A DNA stretch of 61,095 nt, filler included, from Basidiobolus ranarum (Eukaryota), in assembly GCA_040143965.1 (NCBI GenBank). It is 12 parts of 12 records of this genome, joined end to end, with 100 filler letters (N's around TTAATTAATTAA, not from the genome) between each part and the next. Parts side by side here need not be neighbours in the genome. Positions count along the whole stretch, not along the records: positions 25,538 to 30,537 come from JASJQH010008625.1; positions 30,638 to 35,636 come from JASJQH010008626.1; positions 35,737 to 40,732 come from JASJQH010008627.1; 9 more parts are not named here. One strand, 5' to 3'. Position 1 is the stretch's first letter. Each line of letters opens with the position of its first letter. The notes under the pieces are model-generated. The model worked only from the letters and a program-made list of their open reading frames with translations, was not told where the DNA came from and searched no databases. A program made the position numbers and the translations under genes. Shown piece after piece: positions 25,438 to 38,723 of this stretch.

Positions 25438-25537
25438 NNNNNNNNNNNNNNNNNNNNNNNNNNNNNNNNNNNNNNNNNNNNTTAATTAATTAANNNNNNN
25501 NNNNNNNNNNNNNNNNNNNNNNNNNNNNNNNNNNNNN

Positions 25538-28500
25538 TATATACTTTTAAGGATGTACTACATGTTCCAGATATTGCCAAGAATTTAATATCTGTATGCA
25601 AGGCCACCTCAGAAGGGCTAAAATTCAATTTTGATAAGTCAGGATGCAACATCACTGATCAAAATGGGAATTATTTAGCTTTGGGAGAAAAGGATGAGAT
25701 CTTATACAAACTTACATGTAATCCAAGAGGTTTATGTGTAAATATAAGTTATTCCAATCAAGATACTATTCAATTATGGCGTAAGAGATTTGGCCATATT
25801 TGATTTGATCATTTGATCAGTATGAGCAAAAATTGCCTAATTTTTGAAATTCAAATTAACCCCTGAACTAAAATTAAAATTTATGAGGCATGTATATATG
25901 GAAAATAAGCCAGGTAGCCATTCAAGAGCTCTGGTGTAATCAAATCAGTTAAAAAATTGGATCTAACTCATTCAGATTTGTGTGGACCTATGCAAAATTT
26001 ATCCTCAGGTGAAAAAGAAATTTAATCAAATGTATTGATAATTATACAAGATGCACTTGAGTCTACTTGATGGGAAGAAAAGAAGAAGCTCTGTCTATTT
26101 TTGGAGATTTAAAACACTTGTGGAGACTGAAACTGGAACCAAAATCAAAAAAATACATACTGATAATGGTTGAGAATATACTTCACTATTTAATCACTTT
26201 TGCAAAGTTCAGGGAATAAAGCAAAAAACTATGGCCCTCTATTCACCTCAACAGAATGGAGTTGCTGAAAGAGCTAACAGGACTATAATAAAAAGGCAAG
26301 ATCTATGGTAAGTGAACAAAGTATATCCATAACTTTTGGACAGTATTGGTTGCTACAGCTGTATATTTGAAGAATATGAGTTTTACTAGAAGTCTGTCTA
26401 ACTCTGCACCATATAAAGCTTGGCTTCAAATTAAACCTGATTTAAAACATTTGAGGATCTTTGGATGCATTACATTTGTTAAAATTATGACCAAAAATTG
26501 GTTTGAATTTGATCTAAAAAGTAAGAAATGCATGATTCAGGGCTATTATACTCAAACTAAAATCTACAGACTCTACAATACACAATTTCAGAGTTAATCA
26601 AGTCCAGGGATGTTACATTGAATGAAAATGAAACATTTTGATCCAAAATGACTTCAGATGATGACAAAAATTAATTTTCTCCAGATCCAATCATTGAAAT
26701 TGATTCAAACCAAAATGATGAGAAAATTGCATCCCTCTGGTCCCTTCAACTGACATTCTGCCTACTGAAGTGCCCAACACAAGGCCACAAGTTATAGTAC
26801 CTTTATTCAAAACCAGGAGATCTAATTGGATCAGAAATAGCCCAGAATACTATATCAATGAGTCATAAAATTAGGCTTATGCCTGCACAGCTCATGTAAA
26901 TGAGACCCAGACTGTAAAACAGGCACTGAACAGCCCTCACACAAAATTCTGGAGATCTGCAATGGCTGATGAGTACTAGGCTTTGATTGATGATTAAACT
27001 TAAATTTTAACCAACTCTCCTGATGATAGAAAATCAATTGTCTGCTGATGGGTGTTTAATGTTAAATACAACTCTGATGGCAATATAGAAAGATACAAGG
27101 CTAGACTAGTAGCCAAAAGCTGTTCCCAAACACCAGGAATAGATTAGACAGAGATCTTTGCTCCTATAGCAAAGTTTAATTCAAATAGATTGATTTTAGC
27201 AATTTCAGCTAAATATCATTTATTATACATCAAATGAATGTTAAAACTATCTTTTTGAGTGGTGAGCTTGCTGAGGAGATATATAAGAACCAGGCAGATA
27301 GTATTGTGGACCCAGAAAACCTAAACAAGTTTGCTGACTCTGGAAAACAGTCTATTGCTTAAAACAATCTCCAAGAGCTTGGAATAGCAAGACAGATGCT
27401 TTTTTGGAAACACTGATATTCCAAGAGAGTAATGCTGACTATAGTATCAACTTCAGGCCAGATAAGACAAAAACTTTTTGATTAGCCTTATATGTAGATG
27501 GCCTTATTATACAAACCAATGACTTGAAGACTTTGGAGAAAACCCTATCTAGCTTATCTGCCAAATTCAAAATCATAGGTCTTGGTGAACTGATGTACTA
27601 TCTTGGATTTCAATCTAAAATAGATAGTACTACCAAAATGGTAACTTTAAGCAATCTAAGTATATCCTAGAAATACTAAAAAAGTACAAAGTGGAAGAAT
27701 GTAATGTAGTAATTACCCAAATGGGGACAAATCTTAACTTGGCCAAAAATGGCTCAATTCAGATTTTCTTGGTTTCAAATGAAAGCCATAAAATCCTTGT
27801 CAATCTATGGTTGGTAGTTTGATGTATATTAAGGTTGGATCATGGCTAGCTATTGCTTATTCTGTGTGAGTTATGTGCTAATATCTTCAAAATTATGGAT
27901 CTAATCAAATCACAGCAATTAAATGGATATGTAGATATTTGAAAGGTACTGTGGATCTGTGTTTAAAATACACATATTCTGGATTAAACTTTGCTGTGAT
28001 AGGTTATTCAGATACAAATTGGGGAAGACATACTGAAGACAGGGGATCTATAACAGGAAACTTATTTCTTTGCTGTGATGGACTATTTCTTGGAATTCAA
28101 AGAAACAACCTACTGTAGAACTTTTAACAACAGAAGCTGAGTACATGGCTGCCTGTGAAGCAACAAAAGAAGCAATATGGTTAAGAAAACTCTTAACAGA
28201 TATATTTTATTCTCAAAGTTCACCAACTACAGTATTGCAAGATAATCAAAGTTGTATCAAAATAGCTAAAAATCCCTTGTTTCATAATAGAAGCAAACAT
28301 ATAGATATTAGACATCACTTCATTAGAGAGACTATAGCAAATGAGCTTATTGACTTAACTTATTGTTCTACAGAAGACATGATTGCTGATATATTAACCA
28401 AAACATTAGCTAGACAGAAATTTGAGAAATCTAGACCTTTCTTAGGATTAGTTTATATGACTATTTAGTTGAAAAAGAGTGTTGAATTTAGCATTACCTA

Positions 28501-28684
28501 AACACCTACATAATGATGCTTTATTATGAGGAGTAAGAGAATATGGGAAAGTAACCAAAGATTTCTAGACCTGATAATATGCTAACAAGTAATTATTAAG
28601 CAAAATTTGGGATATATTGCTTAGACTTTACTTGATCCCAAGTTTTCTGCTCTTGAAGGCAATCATGAATAACTTTTTGCAACA
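25538..28684 (+). mobile_element. Ty1/Copia retrotransposon, decayed pol plus 3' LTR
   Basis: HSDLCGPM, PQQNGVAERANRT, RYKARLVAK, LKQSPRAW, LYVDG, TTEAEYMA, FHNRSKHIDIRHHFIRE, in integrase-RT-RNase H order. Confidence 0.95.
28480..28684 (+). repeat. Putative 3' LTR (about 205 bp)
   Basis: Purine tract GAAAAAGAG right after pol, then TGTTG...CAACA; no second LTR to confirm. Confidence 0.5.
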
Positions 28685-30072
28685 TCTCAAATATCAAACC
28701 TTGAGGACTGTACATAAATTGGATTTTTGATCAAAATTTTGTGTTAATGATTGGATTGCATTGTTGTGAGCAAAGTGAAAAAATGTATCAAAGCTGACTG
28801 ATCCACAGAAACAGCTCAGTGCAGAAGCTTGTAAATGTTTAACATGGTGACATTATGTGAGCAAATCATGGTTATTGAGAATAACATTGAGTTAGTGTAT
28901 AGCATTATATATTTGTGTTATTAGATGACTAGACTGATATTCACTAAATTCTGGATATATATGATTATATTATTCAACTCTCATTCTCTTTTGCTAGTTT
29001 TCAATTGTTGATAGAGCTTTAGCATGTGTGCTCTATTTCCAATGCTCCAATTTTATGGAAATGTTGGTACTACTTTGTCAGGTTCAATTGTATAAAAATT
29101 AATACAAGTTTCCCAATAAATATTCATGTTGAACATCACTTGTTTTTCTTGAGATGCTAATAAGCATACAAGCCATACAATAGTTTGGATGGTTTAACTT
29201 CTATTATAGTGCTGCTTATAAAGTGTGGGGTAAGATAACAGGCTTTATATAACAACAAAAATATTTTATATTATTTATACAAGTATGCCCAATTGAGTTG
29301 TTTGGCAAGAGCTTTATTGCTGCCAAATAGACTAAAGTTATTGCTTACTGAAAAGGAAAAATGGTTGGTCTCCTTCACTTGAATGTATTAATTAATTATT
29401 TTGTACCAATATGTGGGACATTGAAAAGATACTAGGGAAAACAATGATCCATATGCGGTTTTGATAGCCACAATTGGTGAAAAAATACTTTTTCTTTATG
29501 TATATGAAGTTGAAACATTTTTTAGTGATGTACAAAGTTTAAGTTTTATAATTAGGTTAGTAGGGTTATATCTATATGAAAATAGTTATAATCAAAACTT
29601 AAAAGGCAAAAGGAGAAATGATAAAGTAATATTAGTGAAAATACATGTAAACAGAGTGTTTTAAATGAACCGTGCGCAAAAAACAAATTCAGCAGAGCGC
29701 CATACTGGTATGAGTGGATAACTTCCAGCTATATATAACAAAACTGAAACTAATATAAAATGCTGACCAAAATAATGCACATCGTAAAGATTTCGGAGAC
29801 TATTGTACCAAAAATAGGTTCAGAAATATAATAAGATTACTGTTCACACTGTCGAGTAGCATTTCATATGATATGACTGGTCCTTGGGGCGAATTGAAAA
29901 TACCGATGTCATGAGGTCTATCTGAGTTTTAGTTACGTACGTGTAGCAATATCCTAAAGAGAATTGTAAATGCTATGTATAGTAAATACTCTGCATCTTT
30001 ATTGAAGCTTCGAAGATAATGGATAACAGTAATTGTGACACAATACGATCAGGAATGTGCTTGAATTGTAAT

Positions 30073-30537
30073 CTAGCTGTACTCCAAGTCGAGTGGAGAT
30101 GCTCCTACAACAGGTCCGATAAACTTCTTCATAAATGCCTTATCTTTCTCCACTTGGGCACGGTTCATCATGTAGTCGCGGAAACCAAGAGGATCAGTAT
30201 TCTTGACCTTCCAGATATGCTTCTTACCGGCTGGAGGAGGGACATCTACTCTCTGGGACCATGTATCGGTCATGAGATTCTTTTGAACATCATAAGATAT
30301 TAACCAACTGACATACAGCTTAGCAGTTGCTGGATGTTTCGCCTTCTTGAAGATGGCACCGGTCTGAGCCCATGACTGGAAGAATGTAGTCTTAGGGACG
30401 ATGGTTGTAGCTTTTTCCCCGCGAACTGGCTTCAATGATCCCGCAGTGGTAAAACTGACAGTGGAGGTACCGTTGTTGATATAGTACACTGGGGTAGTGG
30501 TGCCACGGACAGCCAATGGCTTTTGTGCAAGGTAGGC
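30073..30537 (-). CDS. C-terminal part of a bacterial-type (ABC Fe3+/thiamine-like) solute-binding protein
   Basis: FQSWAQTGAIFKKAKHPATAKLYVSWLISYDVQ...WSQRVDVPPP matches the class II periplasmic binding protein motif; frame open to contig edge. Confidence 0.8.
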   Translation of the reverse strand, partial: AYLAQKPLAVRGTTTPVYYINNGTSTVSFTTAGSLKPVRGEKATTIVPKTTFFQSWAQTGAIFKKAKHPATAKLYVSWLISYDVQKNLMTDTWSQRVDVPPPAGKKHIWKVKNTDPLGFRDYMMNRAQVEKDKAFMKKFIGPVVGASPLDLEYS

Positions 30538-30637
30538 NNNNNNNNNNNNNNNNNNNNNNNNNNNNNNNNNNNNNNNNNNNNTTAATTAATTAANNNNNNN
30601 NNNNNNNNNNNNNNNNNNNNNNNNNNNNNNNNNNNNN

Positions 30638-33600
30638 GGATCAAAGTTTGAAATGATTGGGAAAATGCTTGAAAATGTCAGGATACCATCATATTTTACC
30701 AGGACTCCCATCAATATCCACTCATCTAGCTTCCCATTAGGCACTATGCACTTACTATTCAACAACACTCCATAACTACTTACTCAGCTATGTAGTGAAT
30801 AATTCAATTTGAATGAGCCATTCAAAATATGATCAAAGTTTGAATTGACTGGGAAAATGTTTGAAAACATCATGATACCATTATATTTTACCAAGATTCC
30901 CATCAATATCCACTCATCTAGGCATTCATTCAAATGCAAAGACTGGAAGTAGTATATTTGTATATATTTTTGTTGAATCTTGAAAGATTTCTGCCTATTA
31001 AGTATTGGTAACATTGGGAGTAATTTGTGGACATTGTTATTATATTCTTATGGCATCAACTCACATTGGCAGATCACAGGCAGATATAGCAACTGGCAAA
31101 GATTTTGTAATTGGATATGAAGACCTTTATTAGAGGTTTAAAGAAGATAGACTGAATCTATGCCAGTATTTGATACATTCCCTGCTGCATGTTTCACAAT
31201 GCTTAGATATTCTAAGCCCTAACTATACATTCTAGGAGTTCCCAATGGAGCACACCTGCAGTGAAATGATGCTCCATGTTAAATTGTCAGTATAACTGCA
31301 TGCTAATCTGATTAACAATGTAACAGCAAAATCAGTGATGGATGTAATGCAATGGGTTAAGGGGACTCCAGAGTTCATTGACCTTCCAACATAGGGCTCT
31401 TTTCAATGTGCTCATAGGTTTTTGCATTGTCTGAGCACAATAACAGCAACAAAGCCATTTCATGGACACAGAGTAAGTACTTCTATAATTTGGACTAATT
31501 TGTTTGTGTATATATCTGAAGATATTTCTAGGAAAGCAGCAGGACAGACTTCTTGGTGAAATAAGAAGAGATATGCAGTATTATTGCTTTAGCCATGAGG
31601 TATTCTATTCAAGCAATGACATATCTACTTTTGGCAGGGCATTTGTTGACTGCAAGTTGACGATATATTGGCTGAATTCTTTGTGGATGTTTGCTAAAAT
31701 CCTAAAGCTTATTATCATTGTAAATGGTAACAAGAGTCAGCTATTTGCCAAGTGTTAGTGCTATTCAAAATTTCAGGTGTTTAGCAATTTTTCTACCATT
31801 GGTTTGCTTGTAAAGCATATTGATGTCATTGAGTTATGTCGGATCAGTCAAGTATGGGCATATGTAGAGATCAAACACTATGAGAGTCTTGTATTTTTTG
31901 ATTTGCATTATGGCTAGAATATGAAGCCAAAAATATCTAAATAAAGGCATGCATATTAATTTGAATTCCCAGAGTGGCAAACTCAAGGACTTGCTATTTG
32001 AAATTTAGCTTTTTGCAAAAATTGCCAGAATTTAGATGATGCATGCCAAATATGAGGATCAATTTTTTACAGGTATGAATACCATCAAGATACCATTGAG
32101 AAGCTGCTGCCACTCCATCAAAATCCCTTGCAGAATGCAAGCCATCAATATTGTGATGGTTCTGTGTCAGTTCTGTGATCTGGCATGGTAGTTCCAATCC
32201 AGATCAAATGGACTCATTTTTGTTTGGGTGCTCTGAAGGTTCTTGACTTATCTCATATGGCTTACTCTGGGTTTTTGCAAGCAAATGGCTATTGGGTAAG
32301 TGTAGGCCTATTCATGAAACATCTTGAAAGTGTACCCAATTATGGATTTGAAAAAGAAAGAAAAGCAGCTAAAGAAGTACTCAAGGAGCAGGAAATTAGT
32401 AAACCCAAAGGGAAAGCAAAGAAGCTAGTGAATTTAGGCTCAACTGTCTTACATACCAAATTCTTCTCACCATTACAAAGATCTGTATTTCCAGAGTCAG
32501 ATATATAGGTAAAAAAGCTTAATTTTACCATTGAACTAGGTACACCAGTTGAAAGAGTGCTAAATTTGGAAGTTTATCCAACACCTGGCACCTTTCAACA
32601 AGCCAAAACACCAGCAAATAAAACCCAGCACTCTCCAACATCAACTGGTACTTTTTAAAGTGTTGAAATTAGCCACAAACCTATAGGCAGGCAAAAAGCA
32701 GCACACACATTGCAAAGCACCCTCTGTAGTATCACATTACACAGATGTGTAAAAATAGTAAAAGTGCTTAAGGAGTATTTTCAAAAGTATGAAGATAAGA
32801 TTGTAGTGCAAGAGTGCAGAGAGTGGCTCAAGAAGATGCTCATTCAACTTGACATTCAGTCTGGTGTTGACCATGCCAATGTCTGGAAAAAACGTAATAC
32901 AGAGTGGCACAATATTCCAGGGTATCTGGCAGATAGCTGAAAGAATGTTAATTCAGCAACATTTGTAAAATGGTGAGCTTTGATGGAGATATTGTTACAA
33001 ACTCATGTTTGATATGAGCTAAACCTCAGGCATTAAGAACTCTATAAAAAATTCAGGAGAATATATCAAGGAAACTAGGGAATTTGAATGTGACAAATTA
33101 ACATTCAAGTTGAAAATGTGTAGAATTTGAGCTATACTTTTTGCACATGTGTTGATCCATATTACTTTCAGATTGTAGCCAATCATGTGCAACTATTTTT
33201 CAAGATTTTGAAGCATCACTCCTGAAACTGAAATGATTGATTAAAATTAAAACTAGCTGGACGGCTTTATGATGGTAAGTAAATGGTCAATCATGCATGG
33301 ATTAAAATTAGGATGATTTTCCTTTGATAACAATCCTCAAATTTTGTTAGGGGATTTTGGTCAATTTCTATGAAGACTTCAGCCATAATATCCTCAACTT
33401 GGTGTCAACAAAGATCCTGCCATAAGCAGTTATTTAATTGCTTGACTAGATTACCCAATGGCTAAAACAATGAAACTGCATATCCTGATATATCTCACCA
33501 AGCATTTTGTCTTGCAGCTTTTCTAGAAATAGCATCAGATTAACACACAAACAATTTAATCCAACTTGTAGAGGCACTTACTCTGTGTCCATGGATTGGT

Positions 33601-35636
33601 TTTCATTGCTGTTATTGTGCTCCAACAATACAAAGCCCTGTGAGCACATTGAAAAGAACCCTCTGTTGGGAGGCTTATATACTCTACAGCTCCTTAACCC
33701 ATTGCATCACATACATCACTGTATTTGTTGATACATTTTTAAACAGATTAGCATATAGTGGTACTGACATCTTCACATGGAGCATCATTTGAGCACAGGT
33801 GTGCTCCATTGGGAACTCCCAGAATGTATAGCAAGGGCCTATAATCTCTAAGCATGGTGAACAACACAGCAGGCAATGTATCAAATACCAGCATATATTC
33901 AGTCTATCTTCTTCAAACCTGTAATAAAGTTCTCATATCCAATTACAAAATCATTGCACAGTCACTGTAATTGCCTGAGATCTGCCACTGTGCATTAATG
34001 CTGTAAGAATATATTAACAATATGCACAAGTAGCTCCCAATGTTGCCAATACTTATGAGGCAGAAATCTTTTGCAGATTTCACTTGAATATATACAAATC
34101 AAATACTTCCAGTCTTTGCATTTGAATAAATGTCTAGATGACCAATGTATATTTGTTTGGTGAGAAACCATCCAGAGCCAAAGAAAATGCATGCTCATAT
34201 GTTTTCTCAAAGAAACCTTGACTTTTCAGATTCTCATAGTAATAACTATCAAGTATATTGATAACAATATCAGCTTTATGGTGTGTACTTTGGTATTGGA
34301 TTAATGTTCCATATTTGGGTAATTTCATCAAAACTTTATGATAGGGAGTCAATGATATTTAGGTAGGGCTCCTTTAAATGTTTGTGTTGTGGCATTACTG
34401 GGATATTGTAGAAAAAAGTGCACTTCCTACATAAGGGTGGCATTTTAAGTATATGCTATCAATATTATCAGCTGATTCTGAGATGGATAGTGCAAGTGAA
34501 GAGATTGTAATCTTCTAATCATGTAGTAAATCAATGATTTATCAAAGTTCAACAGGAACATCATCAAGACCATCAACTTCCAATATAGCTAATTTGCCAA
34601 CTATTGAATAATCCTCTGCAGATGACTTGAATAGAATTATTATAATAAGGGAATCTCAGGCAAAACACCATAATGATTTGTAGGCAATCATAAGTAAAAA
34701 CTACAAATTTGCTATACAGGCCATGACAAGCAATAATGCCACAATATTGCAATTAACGCAGCCTTTTGAAGCAACTAATCAGCAGTCTGATAGTCACTCA
34801 ACAATGATACAAGACCTTCAGAATGCTGTACTAGAGCTACAGCTACATGCTGCTCCCGCCATCCACTCTCAGATGGTATTTCAATTAATCCCACACCACA
34901 GATATGAACATCACTTTGACAATCTAGCAGAGCAGAATATATGTTGGATCACTAAGCCTACATCTCAACCCTTATTTGATAGGGCTCATGATAGTAGAAA
35001 TCATATAGAATAACTGGCAAACTAAAAGACTCTGAAGGTCAGAGCTGCCATCACTTGCTCTGATGATGAGTCTTTAACATTTTGAAAACTGTAAAGAATC
35101 TTGCCCAAAATCACCTGGATTGGAGCCACTTGTGGAAACACCAAAAACCAAGCATTACTCTGAAGATTCTTGACTTATTTCATGTGACTTATCCTAGGTT
35201 TTTGTAAGCAATTGACAATTGGGCTAATATAGGCCTACTTGGGAAACATCTCAAGAATGTATGCAATAATGACTTAGAAAGGAAAAGAAAAGCAGCTAAA
35301 GCAGTACTGAAGGAGCAGGAAGTTAGTAAACCCAAGGGAAGCCAAACATGCCAGTGAGCTTAGGCTCTATTGTCCCACTTACCAAATTCTTCACACCGTT
35401 ACAAAGATCTGCATTTTCAGAGTCAGATATACATGCAAAAAAGCTTAATTTCGCCATGGAACCAGGTACACCAGTTGGAAGGGTGCTAAATTGGGAAGTT
35501 TGTCCAATACCCAGCACCTCTCAAAAAGCCAAAACACCAGCAAATAAAACTCATGGCTCTCCAACCTCAACTGGTACTTTTCAAAGTGTTGAAATTAGTC
35601 CCAAAGGTAAAGGCAAGCAAAAAGCCGCACAAACAC
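30638..35636. mobile_element. Mosaic of CACTA-family fragments (transposase + 30638-31950, ORF2 + 32230-33130, transposase - 33440-34350, ORF2 + 34370-35636)
   Basis: GPCYTFWEFPME, FKCKDWKY, ALDGF motifs and direct similarity to contigs 4, 10 and 12; internal deletions. Confidence 0.85.
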
Positions 35637-35736
35637 NNNNNNNNNNNNNNNNNNNNNNNNNNNNNNNNNNNNNNNNNNNNTTAATTAATTAANNNNNNNN
35701 NNNNNNNNNNNNNNNNNNNNNNNNNNNNNNNNNNNN

Positions 35737-36319
35737 AGTGGGCCACATCCAGGGAGACACCATGACAAAAGGCTTTGGGTTGAGAGGCATGCACCATTTG
35801 TAAGATATGAGAAGACTATGGCTGATTTGGCATATGTTGGGGAAGAAAGCAGAAGGCTAGGATGTTTTACTGCTAACAAGAGGCCCAGAGCAGGGATCCT
35901 CACAGAGAGGCAAAAACAATATAATGACATTTTTTCCCTTTTTAGAGCAAGAGTATAACTTAGCTTTGGTTTCCTAAAGTGATGTAGCATTGTAGTAGGA
36001 AAGTATAGAGGAAAGTCATTTTGTGGGCCTCAATCAAAGTTCAGCTAAGTATTCAATATCCTGATTAATTTTCATTACATTCATACTCTAAGATATCCAT
36101 TGAGAGCTCTAGACTTAAGACACCCTGAATAAAGCTTTCATTGTATCTTAAATGCACAATAATGTCTAAAAGTACTTTTTTTTAACATACACCACATAAG
36201 TAAAATAAACAGCTACCAAAATGGTAAATAACATTGGGCTGGATAGTGCCCAATCATGCCAATTTGTGCTGGCACACTTTTTAGCTGGCCTGCTCTGGCT
36301 CAATAAAATGGAACAAGTC
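35737..36319 (+). mobile_element. Harbinger transposase C-terminus and terminus
   Basis: GPHPGRHHDK...MADLAYVG...YNDIFSLFRARV*LSFGFLK; ends AATGGAACAAGTC. Confidence 0.85.
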
Positions 36320-36359
36320 AAATGTAGAAACAATAACATCTCATATGTAACAATGATAT

Positions 36360-37278
36360 TTTAGCTATATCCAATCAATATTGTCAGCTAATTCTGAGAC
36401 AGAGTTGCGGATGCATCAGGGGATTAACAAGATTTTTTTGATAATGGAAGGCACTTTTGGTTTATTATAGGCTGCTTCTAAGCAATTCTTTTTCACCAAG
36501 TTTACCATCTGAAAATTCCAATGCTATTCAAAACGTGTACAAAATGTAAATAAAAATTGGCTTCCAAGCAGAAGCCTGCTGGCACAAAAGTAAAAAACCA
36601 GCAGGAACAGAGGACTGAATTGATGAATAGTCTGTCAATTCACTAACCACTTTGGAAGGCATTAACATGTTGGAAACTAACTCAAGTAATGATAAAGCAC
36701 TAATCAATTTACCAGATGTGTTCCCTTCCAGCAATAGTGCAAGTGAATAGATTGTACTCCCCCAATTACATACTAAACCAATAATTGAGCATAGTTTGAC
36801 AGAAACACCATCAAGACCATTAACTTCCAAAATGACTATTTTGCCAACTATCAAAAACCCCTCTGTAGAGAATATGGCTAGAACTACTCCAAGAAGAAAA
36901 ATGAAAAGCAGCTAAAGCTCTCATGAAGCTGGAAGTTAGTAAACTCAAGGAAAAGCAAAGGAGCCAGTGAGTTTGGACATTACTTTTCCACTTACTAAAT
37001 TCTACACACCATTATGAAGATCTGTATTTCCAAAGTCATATATGCAGGCAAAAAAGAATACTTTCACCATGAAACCAGGTATACCAATTGGCAGGATGCT
37101 AAATTTGGAAGTTTATCCTAAACCTGGCATCTCTTAACAAGCCAAAGCACCAGCAGATGAAACTCATGGCTCTCCAACCTCAACTGGTACTCTTCAAAGT
37201 GTTAAAATTAGCCCCACACTTAAAGGTAAGCAATAAGCCTCACAAACACCACAAAGCATCCTCATTAGTATCATATTA
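36360..37278 (+). mobile_element. CACTA ORF2 fragment interrupted by a Harbinger insertion
   Basis: Matches other ORF2 copies up to TCATATTA, where the Harbinger TIR starts. Confidence 0.75.
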
Positions 37279-37479
37279 GACTTGTTCCATTTCATTAAGC
37301 CAGATCAGGCCAGTTCAATAGTGTGTCAGCAAAATTGGCACAATTATGCACCATCTGGCATTATTTACCTTATCAGAAATAGTAGTATTACTTATGTGAT
37401 ATATTGGGAAAAGGAGCTTTTAGAAATAATTATTCATTCAAAACATGATGAAAACATTATTAATGGTGTGTTAGTTCCA

Positions 37480-38366
37480 GTGCACTCAATGGATATCCTT
37501 GTGTTTGGATGTATTGACACTTAATCAAGAATTTAACTACTATGCCTAACTTTGATTGAGGCCCACAAAATGATTTACCTCCATACTTTCCTGCTACAAT
37601 CCTATATCTGTTTAGGAAACTAAAACTGAGTTCTACTTTTGCTCAAAAATGGGAAAGATGTAATTAGACAGCTTTTTCCTCTCTATAAGTATCCCTTCTC
37701 TGGTCTCTTGTCAGCTGTGATATATCCTAGCCTTCTGCATTCTTCCCCAACATATGCCAAATCAGCAATAGTCTTTGCATATCTTACAAACATTGCATGC
37801 TTCTCAACCAAAAGTTTATTGTCCTGGTGTCTCCCTGAATGTGGCCCACCAAACCAAGTGATATTTCCTTCCAAATCTGTCAAAGCCTGGAACTTTGTGC
37901 AGTAAGCTTTGTACTTGCCAGAATAGAATAGCTTTTTGTTGCTTTTGGGCCTGTTGATTCTCACAAGAAGTGTGAGAAGAATACTCCTTATATGAACTCT
38001 ATTAGGAAATACTTCAGGAAATGGGGGGAAATTAGAGTCTCTGAATCTTTTGTCCCACGCATCTTCAACATCATTCATGACCGAAGCTGGATAATTTTGA
38101 CTCACTTGAAGCCTGGTAAGTAAACTTCTACCACACTTACTACCATTAATAGTGAACTGAAATCTGATCGGACAATAGTTTTTGTAGTAACAAAACAAAT
38201 TGACTAGATGCTTTTGGGTAGGTATTGAAGTATATGAGCCATGGTATTTCTCAAATATAGCTTCTAGGGTGGTGATAGGAAAGCCAGTAGTTGCATTTGG
38301 ATTAATGAGGAATGACCATTTAGAGTAGATGGAGAGCATGATATTAATCTTGTATTGATTTGTCAT
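37480..38366 (-). pseudogene. DDE_Tnp_4-type (Harbinger/ISL2EU-like) transposase, disrupted near the 3' end
   Basis: RINRPK...FYSGKYKAYCTKFQALTDLEGNITWFGGPHSGRHQD...IADLAYVG; ORF stops at 37683, homology continues beyond. Confidence 0.85.
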
Positions 38367-38723
38367 GATACTGATTGATATGGCATGTGCAAGTTATTTA
38401 TCTAAGAATATCAATTATCATGGTAAACTTCCCTACATTCTGTATAATAAAATTTCTGTTTGCATTTATTATCCTCATTATTTCAATTATGTGTAATTGC
38501 ATGAAAATTATAAAATAAACTGCATCAGCAAAGTTAAGCATAGTTTGATCCAAATCAATTTATCAAGCGTACATATCAAAATGGCTCAAAGTGGAATGCA
38601 TTATGCCTGATCACACTATAGAAAATTAACTTTGACATTTAACCTACTAATATAAAATGATCCCTAATTCTGTTTGAAGCCAATAAAGCCTAACATGATA
38701 GATATATATGGTAGTTATGTATC

